A stretch of 64,000 nucleotides of DNA from assembly GCA_965228475.1 (NCBI GenBank), contig OZ245817.1, positions 1,024,001 to 1,088,000 on the forward strand. Reading direction: 5' to 3'. This document shows positions 1 through 11,089 of this stretch, in pieces. The notes under the pieces were generated by a model that had not been told where the DNA came from, did no database searches, and saw only the letters and a list, made by a program, of their open reading frames with translations. How positions within the stretch are numbered: position 1 is the stretch's first letter; the number at the start of each line of letters is the position of its first letter. The stretch is from Myxococcota bacterium (GTDB taxonomy: Bacteria; Myxococcota_A; UBA9160; JAFDDA01). The position numbers were made by a program, and so were the translations under genes.

Positions 1-2
1 TG

Positions 3-3000
3 CGTCGATGGGAGCACTCCTACCGCAACGCGAAGGCCGACCGCCTCCTCGGCGCGCTGGGCTTCGCCACGGTCCTGACGCGCGAGCCGGCCACGAACCG
101 GCTCGACGCGAGACGCCTCGAGCAGCGCCACCCCTTCGTCGGGCGAGCGGAAACCGAGTGGTCCGTTCTGCTGGGAACCGGAGCGCTCGTGGCGATGTCG
201 GAGACCTACTGGGCGGAGCGCCCCTCCGAAGGCGTGACGCTGCCCTACGTCGACGCTCGGATCGACCGCATCTACGACCCCGAGGACGCGGCCGGCGGCC
301 CGCTGGTGACGACGGACACCGTCTTCCTGGTCGACGACTTCGGGTTCGTCACGAGTGCCGACGTCGAGGTGACCGGCCCGAGCGGGCAGCAGGCCGAGAC
401 GCGCGTCGAGGAGAACGTCCTCGCACACGACATCGGGCGATGGGTCCTGGGCCGTGCGACCGAGGTCCGCATCGATCGGGACAACGGGACGGGCGCGATC
501 CAGCGGATCACCGAGCGTGACTTCGACATCGACGGAAGGGTCGTGGAGGTTCGCGAAGACCCCGGAACGCCCGAGGAATCGACCCTGCGGATCGTTCGCG
601 ACTCCCTCGGCAACCCGCTTCGCATGGAGACCGTGCCGCGCGGCGGAGGCACCCCCCGCGTGCAGCAGCTCCAGTGGGACCTGTACGGCATCGCGCCGAC
701 CCTCCTGACCAACGCCCTCGGGCACACGCAGCAGATCTACAGCGATCTTCGCTTCGGTGCGCCCCGGCGCTTGATCGATGCGGACGGCCGGATGACCCAG
801 ATCTTCTACGACGGCTTCGGCCGGGTCGACCGCTCCGTTCGGCCCGATGGGAACGTCGTGTCCTCGATCCGACGCTGGGCAAACGCGGGGAGCCCGGCGG
901 GTGCCGTGTTCTCGGAGCAGATCGTGACGCCGGGGCGACCGGGGGCCCTGACCTTCTTCGACCACTTCGAGCGTCCCATCCTGCGCGCGCAGACCCAGTA
1001 CGACGGGAGTTCGAGCCATCAGCGGTACCACTACGACGAACGCGGAAACCTCGTCGAGAGAACGCGGCCCTACATCCCGGGTGGCACGGTCTACGCCACC
1101 CGAATGGAGTACGACGTCCTGGATCGGCTCCGCGCGCTCGAGACGGATCGCGTCGGCGGAGCCGCCGACCGCTGGGAGATCGACTTCCCGGGCCTCCTGC
1201 GCGTCTCGCGGGATCCGGAGGGGAACGAGCGCACCTTCGCCTGGAGTGCGAGCGGCGACCTCGCGTACAGCGAGGATCCGCTCGGCAACCGCAACGAGTT
1301 CGTCCACGATTCGCTGGGCAACCTCGTCGAAGCCCGGGACGCCGCCGGCATCGTCACGCGCTGGAGCTTCGACCGGCACGGCCGGATCCTGACCTTCGAC
1401 AGCCCCGACGCCGACGCCGACGAGCAGTACCAGTACGACGTCTTCGGACAGGTCTCGCGCGTGATCGACGCCCTCGGCCAGTCGACCTTCTTCAGCTACG
1501 ACGATCTCGGCCGCGTGCTCGGGCGGGAGAGCCCGGAGGGGTTGGTCCGGTACGTGTACGACGGCCCGAACGCCACGGGCAAGCTCGCCGAACTCTGCGG
1601 CCCGGTCGCGGCGCAGACCGGCCCGGGCGGGGAGCCCGTCTATCCGCCCTGCGGCGAGACGGATCTGCAGCAGGAGTACTCGTACGATCTCCTCGGGCGG
1701 CTTCTGGAAGAGCGCCACCGGATCGACGGCAGCGACTATCACTACCGCTACGCCTACGACGCCTTCAGCCGCACGAGCCAGATCGAGATGCCCGAGGATC
1801 CTTCGGACCCGTTCTGGGGCACTCCCTTCACCCTCGCGTTCGTCTACTCGGCGAACCACTACCTGCAGACCGTCGCCGAGCTGAACCCGAGGACCAGCCA
1901 GATGAGGCCCCTCTACCAGCTCGACGCCACGGATCCAGCGAACGGCCCCACGTCCTGGACGCTCGGGAACGGGCACATCCGTGAGCTGGATCTCGACCCG
2001 GCGACGGGCCGGGTGGATCGGATCCTGACTTCGACGCAGCCGGGGTTCGGCGATCTCCAGCACCTGTTGCTGCAGTACGACGGCCTCGATCGCCTGGTCC
2101 GGCGGACGGACGCGGCGCGGGGTGCCCTGCTCTCGGATCCGGGCAGCGGCGGACCCGTGCCGACGGCGCCGTACGACGTCTTCGCCTACGACGATGCCAG
2201 CCGCCTGGTCTCGGCCGAGACCCGTCCGGCGAACGCCTCGTCGAGCACCTTCGCGAGCTACGCCTACGACGGAGCCGGGCGGATCGATCAGAAGGACGGC
2301 TGGATCTACGCCTACGGCGGTGCGCGGCATCAGGTCACGGCGCGCAGCTCGGGCGCACGGACCGAGTTCTTCTCCTACGACGCGAAGGGCCAGATGACCT
2401 CCGGTGCGTCCAAGTCGTTCACGTGGAACTCCTTCGGGCGTCCCGCGCAGGTCGTCGGGACCGGCGGCTTGCAGGGGCGGCGCAGCGACTTCCGCTACGG
2501 CCCGGACCGCCGTCTGCTCGAGCGGACGGACACCGGCTTCCGCGCGGGCGGTGGCGTCGGCACCGTGTCGGTGGAGTCCGTGCTGAAGATCGGCGCGTAC
2601 GCGGAGCTTCGGGACGACGGCAGCGATCGCAGCATGGTCTATCGGATCCCCGGCCCGATCGCGGTCGAGGTGGCACGCCCGACCGGCGGGCCCGCAGCCC
2701 GCACCCACTACTTCTACACGGACGAGATGGGTTCTCCCTCGGTGGTGGCCGACGATGCCGGCGTGCCGGTGGAGCTCCGGAACCACGATGCGTGGGGGGA
2801 GCGGCGCGGTTCCGACTGGGCGTCCCTCGCTTCCACCCCGGAGCCGAGTGACGTCTCGGACCTCGGATACACCGGGCACGATTCGATCGACGGCTTCGGC
2901 TTCGTGCAGGCCGGCATCCGCCTGTACGACCCGGGGCTCGGAAGATTCCTGAGCCGCGACCCGGTCTCCATTCCGGCGAAGGCTCCGGGCCTCGACCCGT

Positions 3001-3932
3001 ACGCCTACGTCTGGAACGAGCCGACGCGGCGAACGGACCCGACGGGGGCGGTGCCCTCCGGCTTCGCGAGCTGTCCGCCGGACTGTCCGACGCCGACGAC
3101 CACCTGGTACGGCGTCACCCGGCCCAAGCCGGCGCCGGTTGCGGCGACCTCCGGAAGCGCTGCCGGCTCCGTCGGCAGGGTGGCGAAGCTGGCGAGTCTT
3201 CCGGCGAGCTTCGTGAAGGACGCGGCCTCGGCCAACCAGCACACGAAGGGCTTCTCGGCGCGCAACATCGCCGCGGGGCGGAACATGAACGCGGGGACCG
3301 ACGTGGTCCAGCTGGACGATTCCGAGCCGGCACCCACGGCGGTGATCGTCTACGGCGTTTCCGAACCTTCGGGACTTCCTCCGTCCGGCCCGCCGAACAA
3401 TCACCCCGAGCCCGGCGATTGGGAAGGCATCTGGGACGCGCTCGTGGCGCTCGACGGTGGCATCACCTTGATGAAGGTGGTCGTCGGCCTCGGCGAAGGC
3501 GCGATCGACGGCGCAGCGGTCTGGGCGGGAGACATCGCACTCGGATCGATCATCGAGGGGCCGTCGATTCCGCTGCTCGGCCACTCGCTCGAGCTAATCG
3601 GGGTCGAGGCGGGCCTCGCGAACCCGATCGGGATGTTCATCCTGTTCTTCTTCTACCCGCAGCAGACGGGCGGGGGGCTCCCGATGGACTGGTGGCAGAA
3701 CAACTATGTACCCTTCGACCCGAACGATCCACGCTTCTACAGCCCCGAGGAGCTTCGGATCATGCAGCAGGTGCAGTGGGAAGAAGCGATCAGCAGCGAC
3801 TACACCCGCCGCGGGCGACCGCTCTCCCACTACAGCCCGGCCACGAACGCGGAGGTGAAGGCTCGCCTCGATGCGATTCCGAAGCCGCCCCAGATGCCCG
3901 GCGGCTCGCCGGTGCAGGGGTTCCTCCGGTAG
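3..3932 (+). CDS. RHS/YD-repeat protein, 5'-truncated by the window edge, with about 290 aa C-terminal extension
   Basis: Frame is open from base 3, upstream of the track start at 189. Many YD repeats (YDGFGR, YDVLDR, YDLLGR), RHS core motifs GYTGH and RLYDPGLGRFLSRDP, and the core end PYAYVWNEPTRRTDPTG. Confidence 0.93.
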   Translation, partial: RRWEHSYRNAKADRLLGALGFATVLTREPATNRLDARRLEQRHPFVGRAETEWSVLLGTGALVAMSETYWAERPSEGVTLPYVDARIDRIYDPEDAAGGPLVTTDTVFLVDDFGFVTSADVEVTGPSGQQAETRVEENVLAHDIGRWVLGRATEVRIDRDNGTGAIQRITERDFDIDGRVVEVREDPGTPEESTLRIVRDSLGNPLRMETVPRGGGTPRVQQLQWDLYGIAPTLLTNALGHTQQIYSDLRFGAPRRLIDADGRMTQIFYDGFGRVDRSVRPDGNVVSSIRRWANAGSPAGAVFSEQIVTPGRPGALTFFDHFERPILRAQTQYDGSSSHQRYHYDERGNLVERTRPYIPGGTVYATRMEYDVLDRLRALETDRVGGAADRWEIDFPGLLRVSRDPEGNERTFAWSASGDLAYSEDPLGNRNEFVHDSLGNLVEARDAAGIVTRWSFDRHGRILTFDSPDADADEQYQYDVFGQVSRVIDALGQSTFFSYDDLGRVLGRESPEGLVRYVYDGPNATGKLAELCGPVAAQTGPGGEPVYPPCGETDLQQEYSYDLLGRLLEERHRIDGSDYHYRYAYDAFSRTSQIEMPEDPSDPFWGTPFTLAFVYSANHYLQTVAELNPRTSQMRPLYQLDATDPANGPTSWTLGNGHIRELDLDPATGRVDRILTSTQPGFGDLQHLLLQYDGLDRLVRRTDAARGALLSDPGSGGPVPTAPYDVFAYDDASRLVSAETRPANASSSTFASYAYDGAGRIDQKDGWIYAYGGARHQVTARSSGARTEFFSYDAKGQMTSGASKSFTWNSFGRPAQVVGTGGLQGRRSDFRYGPDRRLLERTDTGFRAGGGVGTVSVESVLKIGAYAELRDDGSDRSMVYRIPGPIAVEVARPTGGPAARTHYFYTDEMGSPSVVADDAGVPVELRNHDAWGERRGSDWASLASTPEPSDVSDLGYTGHDSIDGFGFVQAGIRLYDPGLGRFLSRDPVSIPAKAPGLDPYAYVWNEPTRRTDPTGAVPSGFASCPPDCPTPTTTWYGVTRPKPAPVAATSGSAAGSVGRVAKLASLPASFVKDAASANQHTKGFSARNIAAGRNMNAGTDVVQLDDSEPAPTAVIVYGVSEPSGLPPSGPPNNHPEPGDWEGIWDALVALDGGITLMKVVVGLGEGAIDGAAVWAGDIALGSIIEGPSIPLLGHSLELIGVEAGLANPIGMFILFFFYPQQTGGGLPMDWWQNNYVPFDPNDPRFYSPEELRIMQQVQWEEAISSDYTRRGRPLSHYSPATNAEVKARLDAIPKPPQMPGGSPVQGFLR

Positions 3933-3998
3933 CAGCCGGAGCGGAGTCATTCCCAAGTGCCTGAAAGTAAACAGACAAGACCCTGCAGCGGAAATAAA

Positions 3999-4072
3999 TC
4001 AGAATTCGCATTCTGAAGCATTGACGGGCTTCAGTCTCGGGCGTATAAACCCGAAACAGAATGCGGGTTCTG
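3999..4072 (+). promoter_or_regulatory. Sigma70-type promoter flanked by two related palindromes (probable TetR operators)
   Basis: TTGACG (4021-4026), 17 bp spacer, TATAAA (4044-4049). Palindromes TCAGAAT-tcgc-ATTCTGA (3999-4016) and CAGAA-tgcggg-TTCTG (4057-4072). Confidence 0.75.
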
Positions 4073-4108
4073 GACAGGCCAGGCCCCGAATTCAGGAGCC
4101 GAGCCCGG

Positions 4109-4797
4109 ATGGCCCAGACCCCCGAACTCCGCTGGATCCGCGAGCCGCGCCAGGCGCGAAGCCGCGAGACCCTCGACCGCATCCTCGAAGCGGCGGAAGG
4201 GCTGGCGGCGGAGAAGGGCTTCGAAGACGCGACCGTCGCGGAGATCGTGCGGCGCGCGGGCTCTTCGGTCGGCGCGTTCTACACGCGCTTCCCGGACAAA
4301 GAGGCGCTCCTCTACGCGCTCTACGACCGCTACCTCGAGCAGGCCCAGGCCACCGCCGACGACGCGCTCGCCCCCGCGCGCTGGGAAGGCGCGGGCGTAC
4401 GCGAGCTGCTCGGCGCGGTCGTGCGCTTCCTCGTCGAGATCTACCGCGAGCGCGGCGGCCTCGTCCGCAACTTCGTCCTGCGCAACCACACCGACGCCGA
4501 GTTCGCCGCGCGCCAGGAGCGCCTCTCGCACTACGTCTCGGACAAGCTCGTCGCCCTGATCCTCGGCCGCGCCGGCGACGAGGTCACCCACCCGGACCCG
4601 CCGCGCGCCATCGCCTTCTGCCTCTCCCTGGTGTTCGCCCAGATCGAGAGCACCGTCCTCTTCGGCGAGACGCGCTCGAGCGCGCTCAGCTTCTCGGACG
4701 AAGAACTCGCCGCCGAGCTCACGCGGGCCTGCCTCGCGTATCTCGGCGTCCAGGCGCCCAACCAACCCACGACACCCACCATCGACGGGAGTTCATC

Positions 4798-4801
<4 letters not shown>
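4109..4801 (+). CDS. TetR/AcrR family transcriptional regulator
   Basis: N-terminal HTH ILEAAEGLAAEKGFEDATVAEIVRRAGSSVGAFYTRFPDKEALL; AGGAG upstream of ATG 4109. Confidence 0.93.
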
Positions 4802-5844
<1,043 letters not shown>

Positions 5845-5857
5845 GAAGCCTGCTCTG

Positions 5858-6303
5858 CTACTCCGCCAGGTAAGCCGGCCCGAACGCCTTGAGCGCCGCG
5901 ACCAGGCGCGGGGCGATGGCGGCGACCTTCTCGAGGTGGGTTCGCGTGGCGGCCCAGCCGACGTAGCTGAGCGTCCGCGCCAGGAAGAAGGCCGGGAGGA
6001 GCGCGAGATGCTCGTCCGGGAGCGGGCGGCGCTCGCGGAATCCGGCCACCATGGCGGCGGTGCAGAGTTCAGGTTCGAGTTCGGGCTCACCGAGCAGATC
6101 GAACAGGCCCGCCGCGAAATCGAAGAGCACCCAGCCTTCGCCGCAGTCGTCGAAGTCGATGAGGCGCAGGCCGCCGTCGCTGACTATCAGGTTCTCGGGC
6201 AGGTAGTCGCCGTGGCAAAGGCCGTAGCGGTCCGGGGTCTGCCCGAAGGCCTAGAGGTCGGCGCGCAGGCGCTCGACGAGACGGTGCTGCTCGTCGGTCG
6301 CCG
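5858..6303 (-). pseudogene. Truncated APH/homoserine kinase type II-like phosphotransferase
   Basis: Minus frame reads ...RLRADL*AFGQTPDRYGLCHGDYLPENLIV...LIDFDDCGEGW, with HGD..PEN and DFDD motifs. In-frame TAG at 6251-6253; no N-terminal half visible. Confidence 0.75.
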
Positions 6304-6691
6304 CAACGATGCGAGAAGAGGAAACGGCCGACAGTGCCTCGCCGCCGAAAGCTCCGTCTACTGCACAGCTGATGCGGGGATCGTTCACCTAGGTCGCCCG
6401 GGACGTCGCCATCCGCCTCAATCGCTTGGGCCCCGGTTTCATCGACACGGCTAAGGTGCGTGTTGCCGAGAGCTTGGCTTCTTGGCAGGCGAAGATCATG
6501 GTGCCTCCAAGACTCTACGCTGAAGCGAGATCCTTCAAGCGTCACCAGGATGTGACACAGAGGCACATCACGCCGAGCATAGGCCGCGGACGAAAAGTGG
6601 TAGGGTGGCGGACGCGGCCGCAATAGATAGAACGGTCGGGTGCATCCGGAATCGGCTGCGCTTCAGAAGCCTGCCCTGACGGAGGTTCGCC

Positions 6692-8986
6692 ATGAAGCTC
6701 TCTACCGAGATCTCAACTCAGGCATTTGACATCCGTACGGAAGAAGAGCTGCGAGCTTGGCTTGTCGAGGTCGATCGGTCGGTCGGGGGGCTAGCGTGGA
6801 CTCCGGTTGGCGGCATCGAGAACAACGTGCATGCGGTCGAGGTTGCGAGCGATCCGGCTGCCGCTCTAGTAGAGAACGTTACCAACGCGATTGACGCCAT
6901 CTTGGATCTCGAGGCTCAGCGAGCCGAATCCACAGCGGCGAGCCCTCACGAAGCGGCGCGAGCGTGGCTCAAGGTGCCGGCTGGCGGCGTCAGCGGTATG
7001 AAGGTGGATGAGCGGCAGCGCCTCGCCGACTCGATCCTGATCTCCAATCATGAGTCGGGTAAGGCAGATCGGCCCACCGTGACGGTCCAGGATCGTGGAT
7101 GCGGCCAGCACCCGGACGACTTCAGCTCCACGCTGATGTCGTTGATGGCTTCGAACAAGAAGTCAAAGAATCATCAGATGGGTGTCTACAACGCCGGCGC
7201 AGCCGCAACCTATGTGTTCTGTCCGTACACGATTGTAGTGTCGCGTTGTGCACCCTCGTTGCTCGGCGGGCGAAGCGACGAGATCGGCTTCACCGTCGTT
7301 CGTTACGATCCGCTCGATCCCGACAGGTACAAGTCGGGTACATATCTCTATTGCACAGATGCGAAGGGTGGGATCCTGCGGCTGGCCTTGAAAGGCGGGA
7401 CTCTTCCGAGACTCGAGTGGGGAACCTATGTCAAGCACGTCGCCTACGACCTCCCCGACAACGGTCGCGCCGCGCACGAGCCCAAGGCCAGCCTACATCA
7501 CCTCCTGAATTCGGCTCTGCCCGACCCCGCACTGCCCTTCTGGGTGGAAGAGAAACGCGAGGATCGGTTCAGCGGGGTTCGAGCCGGCGGAGAGCGCCGC
7601 GTGATCACTGGCTTAGTGGCGCGCCTGGGGCGGAAGGGCACCTGCGAATACCACGATGAGCGCTTCGTCTCGCTTGGTCTGGAGAACGGTAGCGTACTGC
7701 TCAGATACTTCGTGCTGGACGCTGACCAAGATCCGGATGCATTCACCTCGAAGCATCAAGGCCTCTCTTTCCTTCTCAACGGCCAACGCCATGGCATGAA
7801 GGACCGGTACTGGGTGAAGCGAAACACCGGGCTCAACTACCTTTGGCGTCGCCTGGTCATCCTTGTGGACTGCAATGGGTTATCGAGCAGCGCGAAGCGC
7901 CAGGTGTTTGCTTCAACGCGGGAGTCGAGCAAGGAGAGTGAATTCGCTCGGTCGATCGTCGCGCGGGTCAAGGACGAGTTGAGCAGTGACGATGAACTCA
8001 CAGCACTCGATGAGGAAGCGCGACAGAGGACACTCTCAGCTGCGACCAGCGCAGTCTCGAAGAAAGTGAAGAAGCAGCTAGCGGGCCAGATCTCCGCTTT
8101 CCTGAGCGGCACCGGGCCGGGAAACAAGGGGGGTGCGGAGGCGCCGGCGGGTCGTCTTCGCAAGCCTCCGGTGCGTCGCGACACCGATGATACTGACATG
8201 CTTTCCGTGCCCGACACGATCAAACTTCTGAGCGACCCAATCCGCATTCGCGCAGGTACGACTGCACCCGTCTACCTCGAGATCAACGGCAAGAACGGAT
8301 TTCTCCCAAAGCATGATGAAGCTCTGACGGTGGTGGTTGGCCCCGAGTTGAAAGATACGGTCCGCTTGAGATCTAAGGGGCGGCTGATGGGCGGAAGGGT
8401 TCGGCTGATGATGGAGTCGGACAAGGAGGCGCCGCTCAAGCTCTCTAGCTTCCAGGTCGCTCTTGTAGCTCCCGAGCTGAGCCTTGCGTTGATCGCGAGC
8501 GGTTCGATCGAGGTTCGGGCTCCGAAGAGGACGAAGAAGGAGGAGTCCAAGAAGCGCGGCGGTGAGGCCGATATCGAGGTCAACTGGATCCAGCGCGCGG
8601 GTTGGGAAAAACAGGTTCCGCCGTGGACCGAGAACGTGGCCGGGGAGTGTGTCTTGGAGCGGAAGGACCCGAGTAACCCTAGGGCGATCACTCGCGCCGA
8701 GTTCCAGCTGAACGAGGCCTTCAAGCCGCTGGAGGATGTTCTCCAAGCAAAGAAGGTTGGTGAAGACGCACGACAGCGTTTCTATGATGCGTATATCATG
8801 CCAGTCTGTTGGGGCTTCTTTATGCAAGCGACAGCGGAGCTTCAGCGTGAGCAGCAAGCCGATGCCGAGGGGACGGAACTAGCCATTTCGGATGAATACC
8901 TGCAGGGCGAGCGGGAACGCTTAGCTCGCACGATCCTTCTGGCAATGGAGCCCGGCTTGGCAGCGGCCGTACGAGGTGAGGAGTAA
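6692..8986 (+). CDS. GHKL (MORC/Hsp90-like) ATPase-domain protein
   Basis: N box LVENVTNAIDA, G1 box VQDRGCG, divergent G2-like GVYNAGAAAT; GGAGG RBS before ATG 6692; long unassigned C-terminal region. Confidence 0.75.
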   Translation: MKLSTEISTQAFDIRTEEELRAWLVEVDRSVGGLAWTPVGGIENNVHAVEVASDPAAALVENVTNAIDAILDLEAQRAESTAASPHEAARAWLKVPAGGVSGMKVDERQRLADSILISNHESGKADRPTVTVQDRGCGQHPDDFSSTLMSLMASNKKSKNHQMGVYNAGAAATYVFCPYTIVVSRCAPSLLGGRSDEIGFTVVRYDPLDPDRYKSGTYLYCTDAKGGILRLALKGGTLPRLEWGTYVKHVAYDLPDNGRAAHEPKASLHHLLNSALPDPALPFWVEEKREDRFSGVRAGGERRVITGLVARLGRKGTCEYHDERFVSLGLENGSVLLRYFVLDADQDPDAFTSKHQGLSFLLNGQRHGMKDRYWVKRNTGLNYLWRRLVILVDCNGLSSSAKRQVFASTRESSKESEFARSIVARVKDELSSDDELTALDEEARQRTLSAATSAVSKKVKKQLAGQISAFLSGTGPGNKGGAEAPAGRLRKPPVRRDTDDTDMLSVPDTIKLLSDPIRIRAGTTAPVYLEINGKNGFLPKHDEALTVVVGPELKDTVRLRSKGRLMGGRVRLMMESDKEAPLKLSSFQVALVAPELSLALIASGSIEVRAPKRTKKEESKKRGGEADIEVNWIQRAGWEKQVPPWTENVAGECVLERKDPSNPRAITRAEFQLNEAFKPLEDVLQAKKVGEDARQRFYDAYIMPVCWGFFMQATAELQREQQADAEGTELAISDEYLQGERERLARTILLAMEPGLAAAVRGEE

Positions 8987-8988
8987 GT

Positions 8989-9225
8989 ATGGCATTGGTA
9001 AGCAGGATCGAGCGATCAGGTCGAAGCTCGGGGTCGGCGCACGGAGAGACCTACTGCGAGGTCACTGTTTTCACGGATGACGAGGGTGCGCGGTATCTCC
9101 AGCTGGACACCCATGGCTCGAAGACTCGGAAGATGCCCGGCAAGGTCAGCCAGTCACTCCAGCTCAATCGCGATGGAGCGCTAGCGCTGAAGCGCCACCT
9201 TGAGAAGGCATTCCCCGGCCTCTAA
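8989..9225 (+). CDS. Small hypothetical protein (78 aa)
   Basis: Starts 2 nt after the ATPase stop with GAGGAG upstream. The LQLDTHGS...PGKVSQSLQL pattern resembles a small conserved family I recall from defence loci (unverified). Confidence 0.7.
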   Translation: MALVSRIERSGRSSGSAHGETYCEVTVFTDDEGARYLQLDTHGSKTRKMPGKVSQSLQLNRDGALALKRHLEKAFPGL

Positions 9226-10466
9226 GGGCCGACCGACAGTTCTTCTGAGTCTTCCGCTCGACGTCCGGGCCCCTTGCCGGTGCCTGGATGCTGTGCGTGC
9301 TCTCCGATCAGGCCGCGATACTCGTCGGGGAACTCGGCTGTCGGTTCAGCTTCAGGCGGTTCGCCGCGATCCGGGGGCGCCAGCTTCGGCCCACGGCGGA
9401 GGCGCTCGTTTCCCAAGAGTTGGCGGCGGATCTCTAGGGCGAGGACCTCTGAGAGCAGCGAGGGGACCGCGTTCCCGAGCATCCGCTGAATCTCATTTCT
9501 GCCGCAGTCGAACCGGAGGCCGTCCGGAAAGGTCTGCAAGCGGCAGAGTTCTTGAGGCGTCAGGCGCCGGTTCTTCCAGTGAAACGGCCCCGTTGCGGTC
9601 CCCGGTTGAGCTTGCAGCGTCCACGCAGGCAGCTGCTTGGAGAGCTTGAGTAGAAAGTTCCAATACCGGCGGCGCCAACCGAACAGGGGAAGGCCACCAC
9701 CGCGATCGGTGTGCCAGAGGTAGTTCTGTCCCTCCGGAATCGTGGGCAGGAGCCCGCCCCAGCGGCCACCGACGATGAGCGATTCGTCAAGCCGAGGCTC
9801 CTCAAGGTCTCCGATCGCGTCCCAAGCTGTTCGATAGCGCTCGCGGCGCCTGAAGAGATCAAGAGAGGATTGCTGTTCGTGGGTAGGCTCCGGAAACTCG
9901 AACGTGTTCCCATCGCGGCTTCCAATCAAGAACACCCGCTCTCTGAGTTGCGGCACGCCGTAGTCGGCAGCGTTGAGGGAAGCCCAAGAGACCCGGTAGC
10001 GGGTTTTCGCACGAGCGTTGATCGCCTCGATACCGTCCAGCAACAGCGAAAGACCCTCGTCCTTTCCCTGGTACGCAAGCCCGCGCACATTCTCGAGCAA
10101 GAAGACCCGAGGCTTCGTCTCTTCGAGAATGCGGAGATAGGCGGATAGAGTGTTCGACCGCGGGTCGTCAAGCCGGTCCGCGTCTCCCCCTGCCCAGTAG
10201 CCGGACTTGGAGAATGGCTGGCAGGGTGGCCCTCCGATCAGCACATCGGCCTGACCCTTGCGGAGTCCCGCCTTTCGAAGAACCTGTCGCGATGTGACAT
10301 CGTGGACGTCCTCTTCGATCAGGGGCCACCGCTTGCGATTCAGTCCAACGGTTCGACAAGCGGTCCGGTCGAACTCGAGAGCGACCGAGGTTCGGAAGCC
10401 GGCCGACTCGAACCCGAAGTCGAGCCCTCCGATCCCAGTGAAAAGGCTAATTACAGTCGGCTTCAA
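9222..10466 (-). CDS. DNA (cytosine-5)-methyltransferase
   Basis: Motif I SLFTGIGGLD, motif IV GGPPCQPFS, motif VI ENV, motif VIII QLRERVF, motifs IX/X RLQTFPD and GNAVP; TTG start. Confidence 0.96.
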   Translation of the reverse strand: MKPTVISLFTGIGGLDFGFESAGFRTSVALEFDRTACRTVGLNRKRWPLIEEDVHDVTSRQVLRKAGLRKGQADVLIGGPPCQPFSKSGYWAGGDADRLDDPRSNTLSAYLRILEETKPRVFLLENVRGLAYQGKDEGLSLLLDGIEAINARAKTRYRVSWASLNAADYGVPQLRERVFLIGSRDGNTFEFPEPTHEQQSSLDLFRRRERYRTAWDAIGDLEEPRLDESLIVGGRWGGLLPTIPEGQNYLWHTDRGGGLPLFGWRRRYWNFLLKLSKQLPAWTLQAQPGTATGPFHWKNRRLTPQELCRLQTFPDGLRFDCGRNEIQRMLGNAVPSLLSEVLALEIRRQLLGNERLRRGPKLAPPDRGEPPEAEPTAEFPDEYRGLIGEHAQHPGTGKGPGRRAEDSEELSVGP

Positions 10467-10552
10467 ACTCTCACCCCGTCGAGCATATAATCCTTCATTT
10501 CCGAAAGGTTGCGAAGGGCAATTCCGACCGGGGAGGTTTCGTTAGATACGCG

Positions 10553-11089
10553 ATGAAAACACGAAAATCCGAAGCTGTCAAAACCGATGAGCGGGAGCCC
10601 GCGGTTGCGGCCGGAGCACGGGCAGCCACAGGACCAGAACCCCTCGTGCTTGCAATGTTCTCTCGGATGTCGCTCGAGGTGGAGTACATACGTACCAAGG
10701 AAGTCCTCAATAATGAGCTTCCCACGTGGGCCGCTGTCAGGGGCGACCCCCAAGAAGAACTGTCGGATCTACTCCGAGACGTTGGTTTGGACACGACTGA
10801 GTCGATGTATCTCCAGGCGATTCTAGACAAGGTTGAGGCTCGGGAGGGCAGGTTCTCCGTTGGTCGGTTGAGTTCGCTCGAGGATGACGAGGCCGATCTG
10901 ACCTCGCTACCAAGGGTTGCCCGAGAGACGGTCCGGTGCACCATGCTATACCGGTTGGGCCGCCAGGCCTGTCTGACTGACGCACACGCCTGGCGCATCC
11001 CTCTTGCATTCGCGGCGCAAAACTGGTGGTTCGAAAACCGCTGCCTGCGGGATCGGGGTCCAGAGGGTTTCGGAGGGAGGGCGGTCTGA
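10553..11089 (+). CDS. Hypothetical protein
   Basis: 178-aa ORF divergent from the MTase; TGATG stop/start overlap with the next gene; no recognisable motif. Confidence 0.55.
   Translation: MKTRKSEAVKTDEREPAVAAGARAATGPEPLVLAMFSRMSLEVEYIRTKEVLNNELPTWAAVRGDPQEELSDLLRDVGLDTTESMYLQAILDKVEAREGRFSVGRLSSLEDDEADLTSLPRVARETVRCTMLYRLGRQACLTDAHAWRIPLAFAAQNWWFENRCLRDRGPEGFGGRAV

Noticed and set aside
3871..4797. Long N-terminal extensions in track ORFs (3871, 14722, 25808, 48699, 53828 and others)
   Set aside because: GC-rich shadow reading through neighbouring genes; better starts with RBS or stop/start overlaps exist downstream.
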